Part shown: positions 20,725-31,230 of the stretch, piece after piece
Numbering within the stretch: position 1 is the stretch's first letter
How the letters are laid out: every line of letters starts with the position of its first letter
From: Amphiscolops sp. MND2022
Taxonomy: Eukaryota
DNA length: 64,000 nt
NCBI GenBank assembly: GCA_964187785.1
Contig: OZ076409.1
Location: forward strand, 95,482,001 to 95,546,000
Reading direction: 5' to 3'
Notes under the pieces: generated by a model
Seen by the model: the letters and a program-made list of their open reading frames with translations, nothing else
Database searches by the model: none
What the model was told of the DNA's origin: nothing
Position numbers and translations under genes: made by a program

Positions 20725-21681
20725 AAGAGGTTGTTACAAGATAAAGAAGTGAATTATCTTTTAGCTTGTAAACTCAGTGTGAGATTACTAAACGGTAAGT
20801 AACTAGCATGTAGTATCATACAAAAGCTATTGTCCCCGGGACTAAATGTCCCGGCTATATATACTTGAAACTACATGACGATCATAATTTTAGCTGTCAT
20901 GAGCTAAAAATAGCCTTAAGGGCTTTCTAAATATAGCCAATGCTATAAATAGTAACAAGCACCATCATGACGTTATATACATCAAAGGGCCTTCCCGACA
21001 GTTAACGTGGCGGGAAGCCCGTGAGTCCATACGGACAATCAACTACATATGTGCATAAACCTAAACAGAATACATGTATTTCAACACTGGTTAGGATTGC
21101 AAGAATTATATGGAAATGCACTGGTAGCACGTTGTCTGCCGTAGTTCATGAGTCCTTTGAGGACTAATAACGCATCATATGGGAAATCAAAGCACCAACA
21201 TTTATGCAATTGATAATAATCACTAGCTAGCGCTTTTAATTTAGTTGCGGACTCAGCGTCCAATAGACATGAACGGACCAGCGCTTTATTGACAGGCGAC
21301 ATATTGCCATCCAGTCTCTTAATCTAATAATATAGTACAGCAACGAATAAAGATAATACTGCGCTGTGATTGGCTAACGAGTTAATTGGACTGGCGGACC
21401 AAGGCGACAGGCGAGAAAACATTCGAACGCGTTTCCTTTACCTGTACGCCTTGGTGTCCAATTAACACACATATTAACGTCATGTGATTGCGTCATTTTT
21501 ACATGTGATTGCATAATACAAAACATTTTATGAAATAAACTATAAAGTTTACATGACTTTCTAGGATAATTTTAAGAGTTTTGTTGGCAAGTTTAATTTA
21601 GAGGAAGGGTGTAGGGCTGCACTTTCTTGTAGTCGTGGAAAATTGAATATACATTGCCATCACAGGCGGACGCCTGGGACA
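20200..21681 (-). mobile_element. Solo LTR (1,482 bp) containing an ORF
   Basis: TG...CA ends (TGTCCCAGGCGTCCGCCTGTGATGG ... GATTCTCACA); perfect 5-bp TSD ACAAG at 20195-20199 and 21682-21686; 5' end homologous to 29640-31171. Confidence 0.88.
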
Positions 21682-22229
21682 ACAAGAACTGTTTAACTGA
21701 CTTGTTCCATCACAATTTCATCGCCTACCAAGTAGTGAACATTTCCGATAGCTCAAGTTCTAGTAACTTCAGATATTCTCCAAGTTTTTTTTCAAGTATG
21801 TGTCAAGATTTGATTGGAGTCGGTATCTGGACGCCCCAATTATATTTAACTTTGCACTAGCTCATTCTCAAGTGAAGAACTACTACTCTTTCTTCAACCC
21901 AATGTTTTCAGTAATTTGGTCATTCGAGAACGGGATAGTTTACATTATAGCATGGCGGGAAAATCTAATGACGGTGCTCCGCTTAAAGCTCGAAACGAAC
22001 AGTCTTTCAAATATGTCTGTTTTCCGAAGTTTCAAAAATAAACTTTTTTTTGAAAAACTCTAAAAACTCTGAGACTTCCGAAAAACCTGAAGATAGTAAC
22101 CTGAAGGCATAAAAAACGTCTTTTCGTTCGAAAGTTGAAACATGGTAAAATCCTGAAGACAATGGATCCTAAGGTTAAGAGAACCGGGAAAATGATGCGT
22201 GTAAATAAAAAAAAAGCAGCACAATGTCG

Positions 22230-22620
22230 AACAAGACGGGAACGTCCCAAGTCGGCGCCATATCTTAGGTTCAAAAATATTCAAGGAACAACTATTGTAA
22301 AAATTTGGAAAAAAAAATTTTTCAAAAAAATTATTTTTGAAATTTTTTTCGAAAAAAAAGTATTTTTTAAGTCGCAAAATGCCGAAAAAAATCCAAAGGG
22401 GGGACCCTTTGGGCACGTCCGGTTGTGTATGTTTCCTTGAAAAAGTAAAAACTGAAAGGGGGACCCTTTGGAGTAAAGTTTGCCTTCTGCGCAGAATTGC
22501 AGAATTGTAAGAAAAGTGGACCACTCAGAGTGAGATTGTCAACTGAAAAAAACAAAAAAAAACTACTCACTGTAAGAGTCGGGCTTTTTTCCTTAAGGGA
22601 AAAGGCGCCGACTAAAAAAA
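22230..22620 (-). mobile_element. Helentron-type non-autonomous element, family A
   Basis: AACAAGACGGGAACGTCCCAAGTCGGCGCC ... AGTCGGGC...AAAAGGCGCCGACTAAAAA; subterminal inverted repeats and terminal hairpin. Confidence 0.85.
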
Positions 22621-22836
22621 ATAAAGGAGGGGTCAATTGACACGTCAAGGTTTGTGCTAACAAAGATATTTCGTCCTCGGCAGGCATCGAACGGACGACC
22701 GTCTGCTTAAGAAGCGCTTAATCTAACTACTGGCGGCGCAAACAAGCTGCCTAAAAAGTGAACGCTACGGATACATTCTGTGGTTTGATGAGAATAACTG
22801 ATCATTGCAATAGTTGAGCACATTCTAAATTCCAAA

Positions 22837-23063
22837 AACTAGACGCCCGCCAAGCACCGGGATATTTTCCGCGACACGCCTATTGCAAAAAGGATGGCGA
22901 AGGAGAGGATCGAACCCACGATCTACTGGCTGGGAAAGCAATAAGTGAAGTGCACTTCACTTCATGGAGTGGAGATAAAGTGGAGTTTTGGCAGAATTTG
23001 AAAAAAAACGCGTCACAGATCATGATTTTCCTCCCCCATTTATGTGGGAGGAAAATAATAAAA
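22837..23063 (-). mobile_element. Helentron-type non-autonomous element, family B, with a tRNA-like B-box segment
   Basis: AACTAGACGCCCGCCAAGCACCGGGATATTTTCCGC ... GGCAGAATTTG...GGAAAATAATAAAA; homologous to the copies at 27496 and 40108. Confidence 0.75.
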
Positions 23064-23236
23064 TACACGGACTAAAAACAGTTATTGCCGCATCAAGCGG
23101 TGAATGAGTCGAACAGTACAGAGACCTAAAAGCTCTTTTTGTTGACGTTTATATTCAGCATCAGAGCTTTCGTCGCTCTCATCTTGAAATTTGTTAACAT
23201 GCAGTGCGAGATGTCCCTTCCGAATACCAACCTCAA

Positions 23237-23781
23237 CCCTTGTTGAAACTGCTTGAAGTTTTTCCATGAATTTTAATGTTGCCAGCAAATTTTTAAATGA
23301 TTTTCTAAAACTCTGATGGAAATTTTCATGCGAAAGTTTTTCCCTTTTGTATTCGACTTTTATCGAGTTGCTCGAAAGATTGATCAAAATTACGGCAGCA
23401 ATTTGGAGCCTCGAAGTTTTGCAGGTTTCATTAAGAAGCAGTTCCAATTGTAAAACAAATACGTTGCTATCAGTTTATCCGCCATTTTATTGCAAAATAA
23501 CTTCATTCGCGTAATAAACTCCGAATTTAGCGTCATGTTTAGCGTTTGAGAAGCTGTGATTAAATCAGATGAGTATTTGAGAAATTAAAGTGTGAATGAA
23601 ACGTGATCGTGACGGTAAAGAAGTGGGATTTATTTTCAAATTTAGATGCAGAAGTGGAATATGCAGCGTAATTCTACAAGATTTACCACCAGAAGTCTTA
23701 TGAATTTTCTTGGTTTTGACAACAAATTTCCCTGCATACAGGCCTGCAGCATGTAAAAAGTTCCTGCAGTCTCAACTAGGG
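23237..23781 (-). mobile_element. CMC/EnSpm-type MITE (545 bp)
   Basis: Imperfect ~27-bp TIR CCCTTGTTGAAACTGC/GCAGTCTCAACTAGGG with AA on both flanks (2-bp TSD); reverse-complement homolog at 38290-38829. Confidence 0.8.
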
Positions 23782-24899
23782 AAGTTTGGCCTTCTCCATG
23801 AAATTTCAGAAATTGTTTTCCTGCTATTTTCCTCTAACTTCTCGAATGACAGCTGAATTTTTACTGATTTTTTGATCCTTGCTTTTTTGTTTTCTTGTTT
23901 TTATTTCGAGAAGGTCGTTTTTGGCGATTTGACATCTTCTCGAATGAAAATCGAATTGATGTTTCCAACGAAAAAAGTGTTTTTTTTGCAGAACGATTTG
24001 ACATTCGACATTAAAGACAACGCGTGCATTTTCAAACTGGAACGTATTTTTGTTCTAATGACAGCAAAGTATGTGAAGAGTAAGTTCATAAAAAGTTGAC
24101 AGCAAAAGTAACAATTTTGTGTTCAGTTCACATAGATGCGAAGAGTCTTGTACCAACAGCTTTCACAGAACATAAGATTTGGAGAAAAGCTTTTGAGTCG
24201 AACCATCAACTTGACATGCTGATAATTGAATTTTTATTCTGCATTCTTCATAATGTCGCTTCTGCGATTTGACACAGAGCTGTAAACAGTTTTCTGCAAA
24301 TGTCAAATTTTTGAGTATCACCCAGTCGGAACAAAATCTGCAGAAGCTGTTTTTCGAGCAATTTTCCTCAATAGAAGAGAAACCCTTTTTGCAAATAATG
24401 ATAATCTAGTTTTCGATAGTGACGATTTGTTATTTTTGGCGCATATTTTCAAGAGACATTAAACATGGGACATTAAAAATTACTCGTTTTTCCCTCATTT
24501 TGCCATAATTCAACTTAACACTCAAGTGATAGAGGTTCTTTCGCAAAAGTCAGCCACCAAGAAAGAACGTTTCTCGGGATGTTAGTTGCATGCATGAATA
24601 CTAGTTGTATATTTGATGGCATTGTTTTTCTCGGGATATTTGAACGTTTTTAAGATCAATTTTTTTTACACAATTTTTGTGCCAATTAGGAAAACTCGAC
24701 GACGAAACAAATGGCAACCAAACACGATTTTCAAAAAGGGAACCCTGGTTTACCGCAATTTTGAAGCAGATAAACTTCAGTCACATTATCAGTTTCAAGG
24801 TAGCGTCACATTCAGCGTACTATTAGACTAACCCTTTATACATAAGGTTCACTTACTTTGAGAAACTTACTTCGTGAAAACAAGGTGATCGCGGCAGCG

Positions 24900-25063
24900 A
24901 AGAACTGGAAATGTTTTCAGTTTTAATTCAAATAGTGGAGGCTGCACTGTAATCCTACAAAATGTTTTCATGCAGGCTCCGGGAATTTTCCACGTTTTGT
25001 AAAAAAAATGGGTCTGCATATTTCCATGCAGCATGTAAAAACTTCAAGCAATCTCGACTAGGG
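24900..25063 (-). mobile_element. Degenerate fragment of the CCCT-TIR MITE family
   Basis: Ends GCAGCATGTAAAAACTT...TCTCGACTAGGG, like 23745-23781. Confidence 0.5.
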
Positions 25064-25234
25064 AATCGGTTGTCTTTGGTTGACAATGTTGTATTCTGAG
25101 CTGATCGTGTTAAAACAAAGCGGTAAAAGAATATCTTTTTCGTAGTATCTAAACTCTAACGTATACAGAACATAAATAGACATATCCAAGTTTTATATCT
25201 TAAGTTTGTTGTTGGTAAACATTGTGGCAAGTAC

Positions 25235-25420
25235 GTCTATAGCCGAAACTCGGTAGATGTCAATGTCCGATATGACGGATGAACCGTAGATCAGAATAGT
25301 TGAACCAAAATGTCCATAAGAAGTGTTAGACAGGCACTTTTTGTGCAGTTTTTGAATGTTTTGGCCAATATGAACACCCACAGAATTCACACACAAAACT
25401 TTTTGTCTACTACGTTTTAA
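25235..25420 (-). CDS. Candidate coding exon 5 of the host gene (possible start of a PA domain)
   Basis: Acceptor TGACAG, phase 0, open frame LKRSRQKVLCVNSVGVHIGQNIQKLHKKCL...; donor uncertain (GAC|GTACTT). Confidence 0.3.
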
Positions 25421-25472
25421 CTGTCAGAGTTCAAAAACAAAACAACTACTTATTTAGTTACTTTTCAATGTG

Positions 25473-25818
25473 AACAAGACGCCCGCCCTCTTCGCCTTCA
25501 CCAACTGAACCATAGCTATTTTGGGAGGGGGAATAGGATCTAAAGAGTAAGATCAAAAATTTAGTGATTTTAGATCTTATTTCCTTTAGATCTTAATCCC
25601 TTTTTTTTACCTTTAGATATTATTCCCCGTCTAAGCTAAGTGTGTGAGAACTAAGTGAGTGATAGTGTAGGTAGAGAAGAGTGAATGAAGTAAAGAGTCG
25701 ATTTATGGCAGAATTTGTAAAAAAAAACGCATCACGGACTTGAAAATTTTCAGTATTGTTTGTTTTCAAGGCTTTTTGAAGATTTTTAGATAATAATTGT
25801 TATTTTCCAACCCCCCAA
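25473..25818 (-). mobile_element. Helentron-type element, family B (rearranged copy)
   Basis: AACAAGACGCCCGC terminus and GGCAGAATTTGTAAAAAAAACGCATCAC core; the other end is disrupted by an inverted duplication. Confidence 0.55.
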
Positions 25819-25871
25819 TATCTAAAAATCTTCAAAAAGCCTTGAAAACAAACAAGACTGAAAATTTTCAA
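25740..25871. repeat. Inverted repeat with 53-bp arms (1 mismatch) and a 26-nt spacer
   Basis: TTGAAAATTTTCAGTATTGTTTG...TTTTAGATA versus TATCTAAAA...CAAACAAGACTGAAAATTTTCAA. Confidence 0.9.
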
Positions 25872-27495
25872 TTCTTGACAGTTCTATGCTTTTTTTCTAC
25901 TATTTTTGGATGTCTCCGTTGGTGTGAAAATTCACAAAGTTTAAGGGCAGAATGGCTAGCTACACGTTTTTCCAAATTTAGAAAGGTTTGATATTTTGGA
26001 TAGTTTTAAAGTTTTTAGTACTGTAACTGATATTTTGTAGATAATTAGCTACTTTTGAACCTTAAAAATTTGTCTTCGCTGAAAAAATTTAGGGGCGGGA
26101 AACACCCAAATGGTTAGCGGGTGTCTTTGGGAATTCATTGCTGAAATGAGATGTCCAATTTTTTTGTAAAAGCGTCTAGTCGCAGTACACAAAAATTGCT
26201 GTAGTGTCACTGTGCCTTTTGTAATGGATCAAATCGAACGGAATTGATGCGGAAGTTACTTCACTTTATTTGATGGAATTTTTGTGAGATTTTCAATCTC
26301 TAGTCATAGCAAAATTATTGAAATTAAGTTAGAAATGGCCCAGAAACCCCCAACGCAAAACCTTCCATAATAGGTTTATCCAAAAGTTTTTCGATGAAAA
26401 ATATTCCAACAGTAACCAACTGTAATCTACTTTTTGGTTTTTTTGTAGAAAGTTCTGCGTCAAGTTTTACGAAGCCAAACTAAGAAACTGGTGCCTTATT
26501 GTGCCTGAATCCGGATAACGTCTTGTCTGTCTGAATTGATTTTCCAGAACCGAAAGCTTTCTAGGATTAAACTGGACTTAGGATTGCAGATGCAGGCATA
26601 GAATTAACAAAAAACAGACCAGAATTGACGCAAAAGGGGTTGAATTACAAAGAATCGCTGTGAGGGAAATGCGCGGATGAAAATGGATAGAAGCCACAGT
26701 GGAGATATAAAAAGATAAATTCGGAAAGGATTGTGGTAAAAATTGATACCCCCAGTGAATTAAATGTAAATTCTCAATGGGATATTGCTGTCATAGTGGT
26801 TGTATATCTTTTACCGGAGGGCACAAACCCATGAATTGAGACCACTTTGTCTTCTATAAGACATTTCAATCATCGCTAATTATCAATTTTCTACAAGAGA
26901 TCTCGTTTACAAAGCCAATCAGTGTTGATATCAACTTTTGAGCTCGTTTTAATTGATTATCCTCCCGGAATGAATCAATACCATTTATTTTCTACCAGAT
27001 CTTTTCCCATCTAATCTGTTCACAAATAATCGAAATGGTGATGATCATGAATGTTGTTCGTCAATAATTAATTCACGAGGATAGAAATATTTTCAGTCGA
27101 AATTCCCTCTAAAATAGTTCCGTCAACCTTGAAATTTTATTTTGAAATCATACATTTTAAAGAAAAATAGTTATCCAAAAAATATTATGGGAAAGAAGAT
27201 TACTAAAGTCTTAAACGAGACCATTTGCTGGTTATAGAGTAATGATTTTCATTGAAGTCGAGGAATAGAACTGAACTAACGACTGTTATTTCTGATTCCA
27301 TCGATGACCAAGGAATATCTGATATTTTAACTTCATCAAATAAATGAACTGTTGAGAACAAAATTCTCAGTACATCCGAAACCTGGCCTCCGATGTAAAA
27401 CAATGGAGAATCATGAAGAAAATGAAAAGGCCATGGAGGTTTACAACGTCAGATTAAGTATTAGCCAATTGACAATGATTTTGCTGTTGAATATT

Positions 27496-27774
27496 AACAA
27501 GACGCCCGCAAAGCACGTGGACATTTTCCGCAAAAAAACTTGGCCGAAAAATCATGCCTGGGAAAGCATAAAAAGTCAGGCTCCAGTCCTGTTTCGAACC
27601 CAAGACCTACTGACTGACAGGCTGCCACTGACTACCAACTGGGCCACCGTGACTAAATTGAATGCAATATATCACTAAGTGGATTTTGGCAGAATTTGGA
27701 AGAATAAAACGCAACACAGATGGTGATTTTCCTCGTTGTACACAAATAAATTTGTGAGGGTAGAAATTAATAAA
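27496..27774 (-). mobile_element. Helentron-type element, family B, containing a degenerate tRNA-like unit (27580-27653)
   Basis: Family B termini; - strand TGGCCCAGTTGG (A box) ... GGTTCGAAAC (B box). Confidence 0.75.
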
Positions 27775-27899
27775 GTCATCACTGAGTTATAAATATTACT
27801 AAATTTATTACTAAATATATTACTAAATATAAAATAAGTTTTTATAAAATAAAACTAAGTTATTACTAAATATAAAATAGTTATCAAAAGGTAACTAAC

Positions 27900-28119
27900 A
27901 TAATAGTAGGGTTGGATGGCTTCCAATGTCGGTTCCATATCCAGGTACCTGGTGACGTCACTGAGAGTCTGGTTTGGGATGAGAAGGTTGGCAGAGAAGG
28001 GCTGGTACACAGTCACCGCAATTGACTCCTGGGAGACGGAATTCCAGATGTCAAAAGACCTCAGATACTCAATTATTTGCGTTGCATTCGTCTCAGTATT
28101 ACTTGAGTTTTTGAGAAAT
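27900..28119 (-). CDS. Coding exon 4 of the putative host NAALADL2/PSMA/TfR-like gene
   Basis: GTTTCAG|A acceptor and TAT|GTTAGT donor; 220 nt; FLKNSSNTETNATQIIEYLRSFDIWNSVSQESIAVTVYQP...IQPYYY with N-glycosylation sequons; phase matches the exon at 35884. Confidence 0.6.
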
Positions 28120-29023
28120 CTGAAACACGTGGGTTCTTTAAAACATGCATAAACTGCTCTTATGTTGATTGGTTATACGTTTCAATGAGAAAAAAAACGT
28201 TTCAGGTTTTCGAGAAAGAACATGAATGATTGAAAAACAAGGGAGGTTGAGAACACTAAAATCTTGCAAGTTTCTAACGGTCGATCAAAGGGCTGACTAG
28301 TCCATCATTGCCACTTCTCTAACAAAAAATACCATTGTCACCATTTCGGCACTCTGAGACAATAGCAAGTCAAACCATTATCTTTTGTTTTGTCATTTTT
28401 GTTTAGTCAGAAAATTGTTTTGTCATTTTCTACAATACTGTTGCTGCCCTGGTTCTTTGTTTTGACATAAGGTTCGCCAGTTCTTCTACATTGGAGACCA
28501 GATTTTTGATGTACTGTGAACTGTGAATCAACTAACTCCAAGTCATACAGTTTCCAGGTTTGAGGAAGTTCGTCAGCGAAAAAATTTTATTAGCAAACTT
28601 TTTTTTCGAATTTTGATGTTAAGTAGATTGGTACACGATTAAATTTCCTTTCTACAGCAGGAATTCAGTACTCAGGAAGATGAGCCTATCGAGCAATAGC
28701 AGAACAGCTCATCTTCACATGGGGCGGGCAAAAAACGTTTCTCTCTTCACATCATATGTTGGCTTTTGTTATTTTTTCCATCAAATTATGTAGAGGCTAA
28801 GTGTACGGTATGTGCACTTCAACAAAGTGTGGTAGCATACTCGTATATACCAACATAACGGGAACGTCTAAAATCCGCGCTCGGCTCAAGGCTCAAAAAG
28901 ATCAAAGTCTCATTAGAATGCTCAGAGTCGCTATTGGGAAATTGTCATAACCTTCACCGTAGCAAACATTTACGACGAGGAAACATGTGGCCACGACGAA
29001 GTTTTTTTTTAATTGGAAACATC

Positions 29024-29385
29024 AACAAGACGGGAACGTCCCAAGTCGGCGCCATATCTTAGGCTCAAAAATATTCAAGGAACAACTATTGGAAAAATTT
29101 GGAAAAAAAAATTTTTTTTCAAAAAAAAATTTTGATTTTTTTCGAAAAAAGTATTTTTTAGGTCGCACAAAGCCGAAAAACTCATTAAAAAATTTATGGT
29201 TTAGTGCGGGATTCGAACCCACGCTCTCCGGCTGGGTCGAAGATGAAAGATGAACAAATACGAAAGATGAACAAAAATTGTAAGAAAAGTGGACCACTCA
29301 GAGTGAGATTGTCAACTGAAAAAAAAAAACTACTCACTGTAAGAGTCGGGCTTTTTTCCTTAAGGGAAAAGGCGCCGACTAAAAA
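29024..29385 (-). mobile_element. Helentron-type element, family A, with a tRNA-like 3'-half insert (29197-29240)
   Basis: Termini nearly identical to 22230-22620; internal - strand GTGGGTTCGAATCCCGCACTAAACCA. Confidence 0.85.
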
Positions 29386-29639
29386 TTACACAAATTACGC
29401 AAATTACCAAAAAAAGTCGCACAGTGCGGAAAACCCAAAGATGGGACCCGTTAGTCTAAAAAACGCTATTTTGCAGTTGGAATAAGAAAAAAACCAAAGT
29501 AGCCAAGCGCCCAAGCAGACGGCTGTCGGTTCGATGTGTTGACGACTACGAACTCAGTGCGACAAGAAAGAATTTGAATAGCAACTGTGAATTAGTATGA
29601 AATCTGTTTTATGGCAATTGTTGTTATTTTGCCACTATG

Positions 29640-31171
29640 TGTCGCAGGCTGCCGCCTGTGACGGAATGCTATATCAAATTGGCCTCCAGGACGACAACAG
29701 CAACCCCGGACCGGGAATACTCCCAATCTAAGAGAAACACTAAAAAGTCTTTTTGTTATGGTATGAACAATAACTCTATGTTATTTTGCTTACGAGATCA
29801 ATGCTACAATCATTTACGTGCCAGTGCAATATTTTATAATTATGACCTAAGGTCACCCTGACGGCATGAAAATACTAATTGTATTTGCTTCCTATTTTAT
29901 TAAAATTACCTGGTACTTCACACATAATAAAACAAGTTAGTACCAAACAGTGCTAACTTGTTGATTGCTCTGCCAATTAAATAGACAACGATAACAACAG
30001 GTTGGAACTTAACTAAACAACTCAATGAAAGAAAGGAAACGCGTTCAACTGGTACGCTGCTGCCGTTCCGTTGACGCGCTCTCAATTAATTTCCAACCAA
30101 TCACGGCGCTACCATTTATAGTACATTGGTGCAGTCATGTAGACGCTAGGTCCAATTAGTTTGTGCATGTCATATAATATGTTCAATTGCATGAAATGTT
30201 GCTATTTACATGTATACATTAATATTAGTTTTACTGTTGCTGCTATCTATAAATAATCGGACGAATGACGTTTGGTCATAAGTCATCTCATTTTCTATTT
30301 TTAGCATATATTACGTAATATCTTGGTAGTTGCTATTTTGGTAATGATGTCATCCCTATTTTTACACAGTGACACCCAAAATATTGAGTGTCACGCTGGT
30401 GAAAGTATATATACGGGAAATTAGCATTTGATTCATTCATTGAATACCACAACTGCGATACTGTTCATTTTGTTACAAACGACACAGATTCAAAATTCAT
30501 TGTTGAACGATACATTCTTGTTGACATGCCTTTAACTAGAACGCAGAAAGCAAAGGATAAACGCTCAAGGCAATCTGACGTATTGTCAGATATCGAGAAT
30601 TTGGATGTGATGTTAGGGAATTACCCTGAAAGTGAAATTAGAGACCACGATAACGTTGAACAAATAGATATTGACCCAGAGTCAGGTAGACGGCAACAAA
30701 ATATCGGACAAAATGGTGATAATTATCAAAAGCTCATGAATACTAATTTAAGTGAGAATAGTGAAATTACTGTTGAAACTAGTAGAATGATCAACTCAGA
30801 AATTTCGTCTCAAATGTCAAGGAAATTAGTGGAAATGAAATCAGACTTGAATTCCCACATACTAGAGGTACTCAAGACTGCAATTGAAGAGAAAATACTC
30901 CCAAGTATAGAAAATGCGATAGCGAGCAATAGGGAGGTCAAAGAAGCAAAATTGGAACTTCGGTCCGGAGGACGGCATCCAGACAAAGTCGCGCAAACGA
31001 CTCAAAAATCAGACCTAAAGTCACATAGACAGCAAAGAGGCAAATTTGACCAAAAAGCACAGGAATTAAAAGAGCATTTCCCTAGGTTGATCGCTACCTC
31101 GGGTAACCAGAAAGATCACTATAGAGAGAATTTAGTGAATTCTGAAAAAGGTGATGATGATGGTTACGACA
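29640..31171 (+). mobile_element. Solo LTR (1,532 bp) containing an intact ORF
   Basis: TGTCGCA...TACGACA inverted termini; flanks CTATG/CTATT (5-bp TSD with 1 mismatch); CCAAT at ~30097 and TATATATA at 30406-30413. Confidence 0.85.
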
Positions 31172-31230
31172 CTATTGCTAGATTTGACAGGTTGTTAACA
31201 TTACGTAATTTAATTAATTTTACACATTGA
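30526..31230 (+). CDS. LTR-encoded ORF (215 codons inside the LTR plus 19 from flanking DNA); coiled-coil, probable Gag N-terminal extension
   Basis: Uninterrupted 234-aa ORF ~110 nt downstream of the TATA box; paralogous to the ORF starting at 20724. Confidence 0.7.
   Translation: MPLTRTQKAKDKRSRQSDVLSDIENLDVMLGNYPESEIRDHDNVEQIDIDPESGRRQQNIGQNGDNYQKLMNTNLSENSEITVETSRMINSEISSQMSRKLVEMKSDLNSHILEVLKTAIEEKILPSIENAIASNREVKEAKLELRSGGRHPDKVAQTTQKSDLKSHRQQRGKFDQKAQELKEHFPRLIATSGNQKDHYRENLVNSEKGDDDGYDTIARFDRLLTLRNLINFTH

Noticed and set aside
26090..27430. Decayed coding-like region
   Set aside because: The frames I translated contain multiple stops and I could not recognise a family; needs tBLASTx or HMM search.
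27580..27653. Functional tRNA gene (also 29197-29240 and 33860-33940)
   Set aside because: The acceptor and other stems do not pair well and all lie inside repeats; treated as tRNA-derived fragments.
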